Assembly: GCA_003344405.1 (NCBI GenBank)
Contig: NOWV01000195.1
Span: forward strand, 62,001 to 126,000
Direction of reading: 5' to 3'
DNA length: 64,000 bases
Source: Trichoplax sp. H2
Lineage: Eukaryota
Shown: piece after piece, positions 39,201 to 52,200 of the stretch
Layout of the letters: each line of letters begins with the position of its first letter
Numbering within the stretch: the first letter of the stretch is position 1
Notes under the pieces: generated by a model
Told to the model about the DNA's origin: nothing
The model's database searches: none
Seen by the model: the letters and a program-made list of their open reading frames with translations, nothing else
Program-made: the position numbers and the translations under genes

Positions 39201-42200
39201 AATTAGACTGTAGTATTAGCATTAAGGTTGAAAATCTGCTAGTACAGCAATTTGAAATTCATAAACGATTCGAATTTATCTTCTGCAAGCATCTTATTTC
39301 CAAATGATCATTTGCATAAAATCTAATTTTCTTCTAGATACCTAGCTATCAACAATATTACTCATGTTAAGAATGATTCCTTCGCTGGATTACCAAAGTT
39401 AAGGCAATTGTAAGTCACTTTTATTGGCCATAATGATTGCTACCTAAATATTACAAAATATTTTTTATTATAATGCTTGAGTAAAGGATCTAAAATGTAC
39501 AACTTATGCTCATTTCAAGATCTTGAATTAATTCATGATGTGGTTTTCGTAATAATATGCTACAGCTTATTCTAAGTGTTTATTCAAACCCAAAATTGAA
39601 GGGTTCAGTTTCAAATTTTAATTTATCTCAGCGATAGACATCTCAACTCTTGAAAACCTACTAATTATCGCCAATAAATGCAAACTCTAAAATTTTACAT
39701 CATAACACCCTGTATCTATTACTGCTACGATGAAATATGATATTAATTCTGTATATTAAATGACATTGAAGATTATATAATTCTTAAGAAATTAATTTAT
39801 CTAGTGTTAATATCTAAAACTGATCAATTTCGGAATTAAGGTGGTTTCAGAATTACATTAAACATTTGCATGTGCATTAATAGTACATTAGAACAATTCT
39901 ACCTTTTTAAAATTTTATCAAATCTATCTTTAAATTTTTAACCAGGCATTTACAAGGACAATTGCTAGGGTTGCCAGAAATACCATATATTGCGTTGGAA
40001 TCACTAGAGAATTTACTAACGCTGTACGGACCTAAAGTTAAACACTCTTTCCCGCATTTAGCTACAATATTCTATTTTCACTTTATGCGTCCATATTAAA
40101 CTGTAATATTCTATTTGTTCTTCATACCATAGACATGTACTGATAGTGTGATGTATATCTCATTTTTATATCTTATATCTTATATCTTACCTTACTCTTA
40201 TATATATTATACTTACATCCTGATAATTATAATATCCTGTTCACGTTCAGTTTTATTATTAAATTACTCTTCATTTAATGATCTGCATATATCTAAGTTA
40301 ATATCAAAGTTGTTATCCTTTGACAACGTATATAATATTACTATCTACTTCAAATTATTTAGAAATATTGGATTTAACAATATCCTTGCATTAGGGGAAG
40401 GAAAATTGAATTTATCCAATCTGACGGTATTGTAAGTAGTATATTTAGAGTTTTTTAGAGTTTTTCCGTAAACAATGTACTGATAAGTAAATTAATTCTA
40501 TAACATCCTGAAAGAGAAATCTACAGTACAAGAAATGAGATAAGAACTTTTCTTGTATTTTAAAGATATAAAAAGCATTTATTCCATATTACTTACTTTT
40601 GATTATATAAAAGACAAACTTAAACTTTAAATAAGAAAATTTAGTTTGTGCGTTATTTTTTTTAATCTGCTGTAGGAATATCGTCAATGGGCAGCTTACA
40701 GCTATTAAGAAAAGAGATTTAATTGGTATTTCAACTATACAGAAACTGTATGTATTAAACCTCAAATTTTTCTTACATGTTCATTGCATTGACTATTCAC
40801 ACAAGGTACGATGGGATTAAAATTTTATTACAATCCTCTATTGATCGAAACTATCCTTTTTATAGCAATTTGGAATACAACAATATAGCCTTCATCGATA
40901 GCGATGCTTTTAAATCCTTGATCAAGTTAAAAGAATTGTAAATAATATTAATATCACTAGTTTTCACGATAGATTACATAATTGCTGATTTTTTAATTAT
41001 ATAGTTGATGTATTATTTCTGTCAATAGAAATCTAGAGGGCAACAATCTTAAATCACTTCCTAGACACCTTTGGTCAAGCTTTAATAATTTGAAAATCTT
41101 GTTAGTATCACAGTTAATAAATTATGGATAAAGCTTTTAATCACCACTTATTAATTTAGTTGCCAAGAACTGCTGCAAGTTGGAAGTACTACAATATCTA
41201 TATTATGCAATTATAATATAGTATAAGGCAATTTAGTTAGATCAAAATACTGCCAGTTCGGTAGTTTGTACGTCATTCATTTTACTACTTTACGTATAAT
41301 TTTATATCGGCTTTCTTTACTATTTTAATTAGAAACCTAAATACCAATCAATTGAACGTTATTTATGCACAAAACTTTCATAATTTAGCATCACTATCTA
41401 ACCTGTAAGTGAAGTTAAATATGCTAATACCCCTTGCTTTACTACAAGATATCGTAGCATTGCACAGGAATCCGAGTAGATAATGTTCTTTAACATATTT
41501 TGATCGTTCATTCCCACTATAACAGCTATTTAGCTCGCAATTTCATTTCCTGGATTGAAGACAATAGCTTTCAGGACCTCACTAGTCTACAAAATTTGTA
41601 AGGAAATGAATTTACCTTATACATGACAGTTATAAAATCTATGTTAGAATGAGATAATAATTACTGGAGCATGATTTAATTCCTATTATTCGATACTTAT
41701 TTAAAAAAATGTATAATACATTTTCGTTTACGTTACTAATCCAATTCCTTTAAATCTATTTCTAACTAAGAAAATACTAATACCCTCTTAAATTTGAGTT
41801 TATCTTACGAAATTCCAAGATCGGAAATTAATTTATTCAATTTCTTCCAAATTGATATTCTAGAGATTTAAGGCATAACACTATACGAAATATAACTAGA
41901 AACACATTTTTCGGTTTACGTGGACTGCATATACTGTAAGTCATAGCATCATATTTATCTTATTTTATAATAAGCTGAAATGTCTTTAAAATTAGTACTA
42001 ATAGTGTTGGACAGCATTTAAATATAAAATATCAATTTTGCTAATTTACCAATACGAAATGATAACCAGTTGTCTAATAGCTGTAAAATTTGTTGCTTAT
42101 TAAACGAATACAGAACTCTAACCGAAAATTGTATTAACATCATCTATGAGGATGCATTTATTGCGCTGGAAAACCTGACATCCTTGTATGTAACTGACAT

Positions 42201-43162
42201 AATAGAATAAGCAGATTTGATTTTAATAACAAATAGCTATTTCTTCTCAAGGTATCTCAATAGTAATGCCTTACAAGCTATCCATAACAATAGCTTCAAC
42301 GGATTAAAAAACTTAAAATATCTGTTAGTGTCTGATATACATTTTCTCCTTCGCATCTATTTTACATTTAAATCCTTCAATTCTTTTTTTATCTATAAAT
42401 GCAATATAAATTATAGGGCCATTGAATATAATCCTTTACGGTGTATCTCTTCAAATTCATTTTCTAATATGACAAAATTAAAGACATTGTGAGTACTACT
42501 GATTCAAGAAGGCATTTACTTGCGCATCTATAATTATTTTCCAGAATCAAAAACCAATCGATAGTAACTTATTTTAGAAGTACCAATTTTCCAACATCGT
42601 GCTGTCAGCTATCACCCAAAGTTGCATGTATTACTTCACAAGCGACGACTTGCTCTCAATCTATTCCGACTGCCTGCAACATTTTAACAACACCAAATTC
42701 TATCCAATCTGGTCACTGCAGAGTCAGGTAATAGTATGTTTTTGGCTGTATTGACTGCAAATCTAGAGTAAACTAACAGTACTTGACTTGACCTTTAAGT
42801 CGTTTTACATTTAATCTGGGACTAGAAATTGCTAAACTAAAATTCTCAAATATAAATCTACTGTACAAGTACATAAGTGCTCTATTTAGTATCCTTTTCA
42901 AACACTTGATTAACTGTAAATTGTAAAATGTATTACTTCTATCTTATTATTTTTATAACCATTAAGAAGATCTTACTTTATTCTACTAAGCTATTTTATT
43001 TTTTATAGCGTTCCTTCTACTCATTTTCCTTCAACTCAAAATACAGTATCACCAACAACAGATGACGCAATTTCGATCATATCGTTTGCCAATTACATTA
43101 GTATTCTATTTTCATTTTTGCTTTCCAGGGTGCTAACAGCACAAGATCCAATTTATGTTTAG
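33249..43162 (+). CDS. LRR cell-surface protein paralog 4 (16 LRR exons; hydrophobic segment followed by a short polar tail), ~543 aa
   Basis: Exons 33249-33315 (MAVISIRKIAAIISFIVLYLSS), 37283-37391 (QCPASCHCNTTHVVC). LRR exons start at 37530, 38006, 38303, 39052 (69), 39338, 39946 (78), 40363 (69), 40676, 40866, 41029, 41333, 41526, 41864, 42114, 42252, 42417. Cap 42578-42727 (STNFPTSCCQLSPKVAC...). Last exon 43009-43162 (..TTDDAISIISFANYISILFSFLLSRVLTAQDPIYV*). Total 1632 nt. Confidence 0.88.
33357..34510. repeat. Allelic duplication around gap 33686-33705 (33357-33685 vs 34230-34510)
   Basis: Same flank twice, with SNPs and one block substitution. Confidence 0.85.
33706..34229 (-). mobile_element. 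LTR-like element, family A, copy 2 (intron 1 of paralog 4; one allele only)
   Basis: Reverse complement of ~13779-14302, with only one mismatch noticed by eye. Ends GTGACA|ACTATCATC. The empty allele is at 33356/33357 (CCGAT|ACTATCATC). Confidence 0.75.
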
Positions 43163-46100
43163 TTGTAAGGTAGCTTTATTTTCGAGCATAAGATTCAATG
43201 TCTTGAGTAACATGATTGAGTATCCGATTAATCACCACCTAAATCACTTTCATCATTATTTATGCCATAACCATAGCTAATGTATAACTTTTTCTGACAA
43301 TAATTTATTTAGTGTTGACTTTCTTAAAGTAATTTCATCTCTTCATACGGTAAAAATTTAGTTATCAGGCCATAACCAATCTTAAAATGTATTACATGTA
43401 CTGGTATATCATCCCGCTCATAGTAATCTCTTTCTCTCTGATTTCTTTATAGCTTTCCATAACTTAATATCATTTATATCCTAATATAGCGAGCATATTA
43501 CCGCTATGAGGTTAGAAATTCAATAATAACGACACTGCAATCAGCTATAATACCGTAGACTAAATAGAGTCTTTTAGACATTATGATGATTTCATATGTG
43601 TCAAATATATAACCTTAATTTTCAGAGTACTCTTCTTATCTTAATACCTTCCATCAATATCATAGAATTAATAAACATATACAAATAATAATTATAAAGA
43701 CATAATAATGCATTCCATTTCTATTATCATTGACCTAATACTATCTTGAAAAGCAAGAGATAGAATAGAATTTCCTTCGGTTGGCTTGAATTTATAGGAC
43801 TACTGTATGCTGCATAGGTATTGATAATTTTAAGTTTAGTGATAGCATACGCCACAATTACCCTTATGACACAAGAAACGACTTAGTACTTCTAGTGAAT
43901 TTTACTTTAATCCGTGAGACTACTTCCCTAGCCTACGGTACAGTAACTGAAATCTTTGTGAAGTAAACACACTAACCCACATCATAATGTAACATAACTC
44001 TCTCCTTGTTCTTTTCTTTTGATTACTATTCTACTTATACACTTTATCAGTCGCAGTAAACATGTTTACTGTGCTATCGGCATAACTTTAGTAACAATAG
44101 TGTTATTACGATTTAGTAATCATACTAATTTAATTCTAGTCAGTCAACTCATCAGGGTTGCAGTTAGTAGTTGCCAGTTATCGGCAATCATAAATAACTA
44201 TAATTGCTTGAGAAGTCTAAGCATCATCGTATCCGCTGTTTGATTTAGTTACGTTTAGTAGTTAGATCCATCGTGATCTATATTGTCTCAGTTAGACCGT
44301 AAGGTCTGTAGCAATTTGTTATTATTTTGTATGACATTACAGATTCATCATTTTAGGGTGTTAGTTGTTATTGTTATTTATTATTGTAAGTTACTATCTG
44401 TTTAATCTTCGAATAATATTATTGTAAGAGTGATAGTAAAATATCTCACCTAAAGTATATACATATAATCTTTTTAGTTAGACTTTTCACGTTCTGATTA
44501 TTCACGACTGTCTGTATCTCTTACACGCTTCTCATAAGCTCAATAAAGATAATCTAAGCTCAACTATTATTGAATATGTCTATTGAAAGTCCCTCACTAA
44601 CTACTGAATCTACATCACCACAAGGTCAAATAATATTCAACGCCGTTTTGGATCATTACTTGGTCTCAAATAAAGAGTAACCTAGGACTAATAGATATCG
44701 GTCAGGTATCGATTATTTGTGTAGAAGTAGTCCAATTAGTACATTAGTTGGAGTACCTCGAGAATTTCCCACATCTGCGGATGAATTATGTCTCATACAG
44801 TACGTTAAATATACTGAACTGTAACACTCTATCAAATTCTATATCGCTAATACCTACTGGAAACATTTACTATTCCATCACAATATCATAAGTTCTTACT
44901 TTATCGCTAGCAATAACAATTCCTAAAGAAATACTTTATATTTCTAAAGAGCTCCAAACAAAATGTTATCCCAAACTATGCATCTATACTTAAGTAATTC
45001 TCACGACTGTGGCATCATAGTTTTCGCTTCTTTAGGAAAAGGTTAATAAGATTGCTATTTAATTTATTCCAGCAAAAATATTCTTGCCGAGATGGGAATG
45101 TTATCGTTAATTAAAATGTCAGTTCGTCTAAAATAAGAAATTTCATGTTATTAAGAAGATTTCGACCCTAGCTTATCAATAATTTCTATTGAAACATATA
45201 TGCTACCAGCTATCCATTTCTTTACGAAGTCGCATGAGGCACGCGAGTCAAAATAATATAACTAGTAAACTAATACTAAAACTTAATTGCCTTTATTGAT
45301 TAAAATTTTAATTTTGCGTTATATTCTTCTTTCGTGATCAAACCAACCAATCTGAAATTATCTTTTCACTAGAATTTTCTGTTAACTGTAGCTGTAACTC
45401 AATAAGATACATAAAGATTCTTTTTTGTGGTCTTGCACCCTTTGCATACGTATATGGAGCTAATATTAGCATCATGATGTTGCAGTACCAAGTTTCTTTA
45501 ACAGCTTGAACTGATCAAAGAATCTTATCATTGACTAGATCTGAAATACTGCTATTTAGTCTATATTGTAAAGTCTATTTGTTTAATGAAATAAAAGATA
45601 AATTTATTATATTTAAGTGACACAGATTAAATCAAAGCTCAGCTTTGGTCGAGTGGTACATCAACTTACAAGATGCTTTTAGTTTATAACAATTATGAAA
45701 AAAGACTTCTAGCATCGACAGATATGAGATGATAATCAGTCTCGTAAAATAATGTGAAAAACAAGAAATTAATATGCCAGATGTTCCTAATTACATCTCT
45801 AACACATGCTAGAATAGTTACTAGCAAACGAGCGTAATTACTTACCAACAATAAGTTGCTCTTCCTCTACGGTAGATTCTATCTTAATTTCAATCCATGG
45901 TTCCTCTATCTTTAAATCTTTATCATTCTTATTGCATTGCATGAATCTTTTATTATTTAAAATAATTTTCTACCTTGATTCAGTAAACTTAAATCATTAA
46001 TCGTGATTATATCGGTATATATAAAATGGGAGATAATTACTCTATATCCGTTACGGGCAGACGTCTGATCAATTATCATTAACGATAATGCAATCTAGAA

Positions 46101-46292
46101 ATTTCTTTGAGATCAATTCAACCTAGGCCAAGCGAATTAAATAAATTGCTATCATAAGATCATGCCTGCTTTGATAATTATCTGATGCCATATAAGTACT
46201 CTTGCAAGCATACTCTTGGATTAAAAATATCAATTTCAGTTTAAAATATCTATCAGCATTTATTCTGAAACATAGCTTTTGACTGTCACGGA

Positions 46293-49200
46293 ATGAAGTC
46301 TAAAACATCCATCCTGGTATTATCTATGATATTTATTCAAGCCGGTAAGGAGTATAGCCTAAACTATATCCTGTCATAAAATATTGTCTGGAAATATTCC
46401 AAAAAAATGTTCTAAAAAATCGACTTGCACCGATTAAGTAATTTATTGTTATGGAAAAGTTGATACTGGTAAGACAGCAAAGACAGGTTATTGTTATAAC
46501 TTTAAGCCAAATTGGTATAGGGTAATGTCGTTAAAATGATGTTAATTGGATAACTAAAATCACTTCGACGATTCTATAATCCTTATAATTCGTGTGATTA
46601 TCTATGACGATTCACCTTCAATACCGAACATTTATAAAAGCGCACATTTTTAGGAACTTCATCGATCAGTCAAACTGTGATAGTCAGGAAATGATTTTAA
46701 TACAGTACAGCCATTCAGTATTTTATTATAGCGGTAAATAAGATCATATCGATCGAACTTTCGCAAATAGCATCCATACTCGCAACATTTCGACTGCATT
46801 AAAAACATCTTGTAATTCGAAAGCGTTCTAATACGATTTCAATCCGTTTTCGATATGATACACAAGAAAACAACAGCTGTTAGCGGCGATCATTAATTTA
46901 AAAAATCAAATCAAGTCTGCATAAAACATTTCATGATCGAAAAAATCAGTTAATTCAGCTAATAGTTATTCTATATTCGTGATTTTATTGCTGATTGCAG
47001 TCTAGTCTGCTGTAGGGAAGTGACTTTAAGTCATATTGATGCTGATATTAAGTTATACAAATGTCCAATAATTTAGTGAGTACATGATGATACGGTCAGC
47101 TAGAGTGCGTGCTGTACTAGTGTAAAATTTAGACTCATGCTACGTAAGAAATAACTTAGGACCTAGCATAATAGCGCAAGCTATTACACCTGTAAAGTTA
47201 CGAATTTGCATTTGGAAATTGCCATAACGTACTGCAATAATTTTTATAGATCTGAGTTAGTCTTATCCGAAGAATACTAGCTTAAAGTCGAGTAATAATT
47301 TGTCAATTTGACAGTACTACTATCAATTCGTCCACCTTTTCTAGAGTAAGGAAATTGAGAAATAATGCAGTATTCTTTATGCGACTCCGTTAAGATTCCC
47401 TTCTTTGCCGTAAAAGCAGCTCTAAAAAAATTCTTTCTGTATTTACTGTTTCTTGGGTAGGAATGCTTGTTTAAGGCAAAAACTGTTGCCGATTGTCTAA
47501 TTAATTGAGATCTAGTTTCTGTTCCGAACACTTATTGTTACACACATCAACTAGTTCCATATTACAACATTTGTAAATCTTTCATTATATTCAAAAATTT
47601 TAGCTTTGATCGCCATAACAAAAGACTAAATTTAGCGTAGCTTACGATCTATTCTTGCTCTAATGGTCCATTACAATCGAATTTCAGTATTCCGTATCGA
47701 GTTACAAATAATATCTATTATAAGCACGATAGCAGAAATAGAAAGTAATTTTAATTAATAATAAACGTCAAACTAAATTGTTGATTTTCTAAATCAATCG
47801 TTAATTTTAATAAGGATAGTGTGAAAAATACTATGATGTCCAAGTAAATATATGTTTAGGATCATTTTGATCACTGAGAAGATATTAGCTCAAAAAGTAA
47901 TCACTGAAATCTTTTCACAAGTGTGAGAATATTCGAAAATGGTAATTAAAGCGGCCTAGCTTCGATAAAACGGCTCATATACTATTATTCTCCTTTCAAT
48001 TTTATCTCGACAAAAATGCATAACACATCAGTGTCCTCGCTTTGAATTTTGTAATATTATTAAGTAAGAGCATTTATTGCTGCGATATAAATATCATCGA
48101 CAAATACTAAGAATTATTTTCAATTTTTCTCAGTTATTCGTGTGATGGCAGATGGTAGATAATTTGACTTGATTACAAAAAATTAATAAGATAACGCTTA
48201 AATGTACTATAATAACATTTGAAATGTGTTTAATGGCGAATAAGATACCAAAGTTACAGTTCGCTTTGTGCCATCATGTGATTGTAAGTGTAATTAGTCC
48301 ACTATAATCTGGATGATTAACAGTTTCAAAACACCTGCTGCAAGATTTCTATTCAAGAATTTGATAATTAACGATATTAAATGCATTAAACAATAAACTT
48401 CTTGACGTTTATTGCTCAAGAACAATAAAATCAAGCCATGCTTCATAAATCATAAGAATGAAATAAACAAGTAAACACTTGAAGAATGATATTATACCAC
48501 CGAAGAGAAACGGATAAAAAAAATATGAAACTTAGTTAATTTAAATTTTTATAAGGTTGTAAGAAGGATAGTACATAAAGTTCAACATCAACTTTAAATG
48601 CCATTGTTATTGTCTAATCATGAGTTCAATAAAGCGTTTTGGTAGATATTGAGTACTTATTTACCTTATATATATTCAATTCATCCTGAAAACCGTAGAA
48701 CATTTGTTCTACAATAACAATTATACACTAAAAGGAATTAATCTCCATCGTACGGTAATAAGTTAATTCCATTAACGTTTCCTTGCTATGGATTAGGATA
48801 TAAACAATATATATTGGATATGCAATGCAAATAATTGCGTTTCATATTGCATAATAATCTAAAGAATGTCTTACTAAAGTCAAAGAATTATTTCTCTACA
48901 ATTGCTACAGTATGCACTTTCGGATACAAATTAATATTGCAATAACTTCTACAATAGTAACTGTCCATAAAAGAAGACTAATTCTATCTACACTACGCTG
49001 AGTATATAGCGTAAAATTAGATCGATATTTATAGCGACCCATCTATGGTAATTAAAGATTTCAATAGCATCTTAATATAACAATAAATAGTTGATCTACT
49101 CTAACTTTGTTCAAATTAATGAAACGAATTTACTCGGCCGCTTCAATTTTATACTTAAACTTCTGTTTCCTTATAATTCCTGCATGCTGAAGAAATTCTT

Positions 49201-52200
49201 CTTACACTTTATTCGCTAAACCTAAAATTACTCTTGCCATACCTATATGTTCACGCCAATCTAAGTTCTAAAAATGTTATGAAATAGGTATTCACTAATT
49301 ATAGAGGGTAGCCCTTCATTACTAGAGTAACATTATCGTAATGTAGCTACAGGACTTTCTTCACTTACTTTGCAACAAATTAGATCTAAACTAGAATAAT
49401 AGCCAGGTCAAATTACTGCTATAAATTTTTTAATATCATATTTTTACTTAACGCACTTTGCTTGTTGCGATAAAAGTGCCTCACAATAACTATCTTAGTC
49501 AAATGGTATTTTAAAGAAGGCTTTTATTGCAAGGTAGTAAGAGTTGTAGAGCAATAATTAATTACTACAAGAATCTAGATTAAAATCTAAAGTATTCCGA
49601 GCTCAAAGCAAAGTGAAGTCTCTTCTCTCCGGTAAGCTCATCTCAGCACTTCTTACGTAATGTCGTTAAATCTATTTATGACGACTTGATTAATGTACAA
49701 TCAGACATGGGTCATTAAACGAAATGCTTTTCACAAATAGTACATCATTATCTTCTACAACGTAAATTATTCTACTTAATATGTCGTCACTATTCTATTA
49801 ATGTCTAGCCCCTTCCTTCGAAGGGCATCTTAACAACTACAGCGTTTCTAGCCTCATAAATCTTATATCTTAATTAGTAAACAGTCTAATATTAGTCATC
49901 AGGAATTTCTAATACTGTACTTAGCAATCATCTAATATTAGCTTCACGACAATATTTATTCAGGGTAACCCAACTATATCAAATATAGCTATTAAAAAAA
50001 TCAAATATAGCTATCCTTACAATCAAATGTGGGTGCATCACCACACTAATATACTCGTGTATGTTAATAGACGTTTTATAAAAATAATTTGAATTTCTTA
50101 TAGCTTTTTAGTTTACATGCAATGTCTATGGATATTTCTCTGCATAATTGGTAACGTAACTTGTTAATAAAGTTTTACATAGAAATTATTCGAATTTATT
50201 TTTGGGTATTAGCTTATTCACAGTGTCCATCGATGTGCCTTTGCAAAATCAACAGCGTAACCTGTTCATATGCAAATCAGATACCTAAGCCTAAGAAGCC
50301 TATGCCTACAGTCCATAATTTGTAAGTCGTTACGCAGTAAATTCAGTACTGTACAATGATATAACTATCACTACTACAAGTTTCACCTAATATATGTTTA
50401 TACCTGTAGCTCTAATTAAAAGGTGATTTAATTTTAAATAGTAAAGAAAAAATTTTTTTCATTTGATAATCATCTAGGACGGCAAGATTTACCGAAATAG
50501 CTAACATCAGCAAAGATGATTTCATTAACTATCCAAGCTTGCTGCATTTGTAAGCACTGTAGAGATAAAACATTATATTAATTATATATGTAAGTATTGA
50601 TATAATATACTGTACAGTATAGTAAAATATGTTCACTGCCGGTACTGTTACTATATGCAACACTCTGCTCTAGCTATTAGATACTGAAAAAGCTTTAATT
50701 AATGCTGTAGTTTTATATCTTACTGCATGAGCTACAGTGAGATTGAGGTAGAATCACTAGTCTCTAAACAAATTTTGTTCTATTTCCTAATCTTTAACCC
50801 AAGTAGGCTATAAAATAGAAAGCACTTATTGTTGCTATTAAATATTTCTAGAAATCTTCAAAATAACAAAATTGACAACATTGAAATAGGAGCTTTTAAT
50901 AGAGTAACGTCACTTATATCCATGTAAGTACAGATATATGAATGGCTCTTAGTTATTATTCATTTAAACCTTAATGTATAAATAAGATATTTCATGAAAA
51001 TGGTAAATCCATTCAATGACTAATTATATAACATACGCGTATATTAAGTGATATTAGGACTGTAGCAAATACTGTACTACATCTATATATAACAGGGAGC
51101 AAAGCAGTAATTTCGACAATTAAAATATTAACTTGTCTTATAAATTTAATTAGAAATTTGTCAAATAACCGCCTAACAGTACTAAAGAGCGAAAGATTTG
51201 AAAGCCTAAGCCGATTAGTAAATTTGTAAGATGTGTTCTATGCTATAAAAATTTTCTCATACTAATCTAGCAAAGGCTATTTGAGATAACAATCAAGGTC
51301 ACATTATCAACTTTGAATAAAAATTCTTCGACGACTCGTTAGAAATTTGATATTTAATCGAATTGAAATCATACAGAAGGATGCTTTTCTAGGATTATCC
51401 ACCATATTTTCAATGTAAGACACTAGTTTATTTCATATTAAATATTAATCGATGGGGTTAAACGGTATTGGTAAATAACAGCAACAAACTGATCAACTTA
51501 TGTAGACAATTCGCATCTAAAACACTAATCCTTGTTTGGATTTTCTATCCTCTCAATTAATGATCAAATAGCAACTGTCATTGCTATTACAGTCCGATTC
51601 TTGTATTTATCGGCAGTATAAATTCACTTTTAATATTATTTACTTGCTTCATTATGAGATTGTGTATTTCTAAATTCGAATTTGAATCATCATAAACGTT
51701 GCTTATGTAGTATTAAGATATTCCTAAGTTCATTTCTTGCCTTATGATTTTAATCATAATTAAGTGGCGGAACGAATGCATACCACATACCATACTTCGG
51801 TATCTAGTAAATTGCAAATATTTCCACCTTGAAAACTTTGGCTTTATTGTAGATTATGTTATATTTTCTTTAGTAACCACTCATACTAATTTCTGTAGAC
51901 TTAAACATTATTTCCTAACAAACTATTTTATTGAATAGTTTCCAAATATGTAAAATAAATTACCCTTAGTATTATGTTACTATCATATCGTGAACGAAAA
52001 CGCTCAGTTTTTCCATAATATGGGGAGAGATACATCTTTTATCATTATATTGGAGTTGAATCGTTTTCAACTCATTTATATCAATTACATCGTATGAAAA
52101 TTAATTACAACTGCAAAGACATGAATAGTTGTCATGAAAGTATGCCAGTAATGCGTAGTATGAATGTGTAACTAATCTAAAAACTGCCTAATTTCAACCG

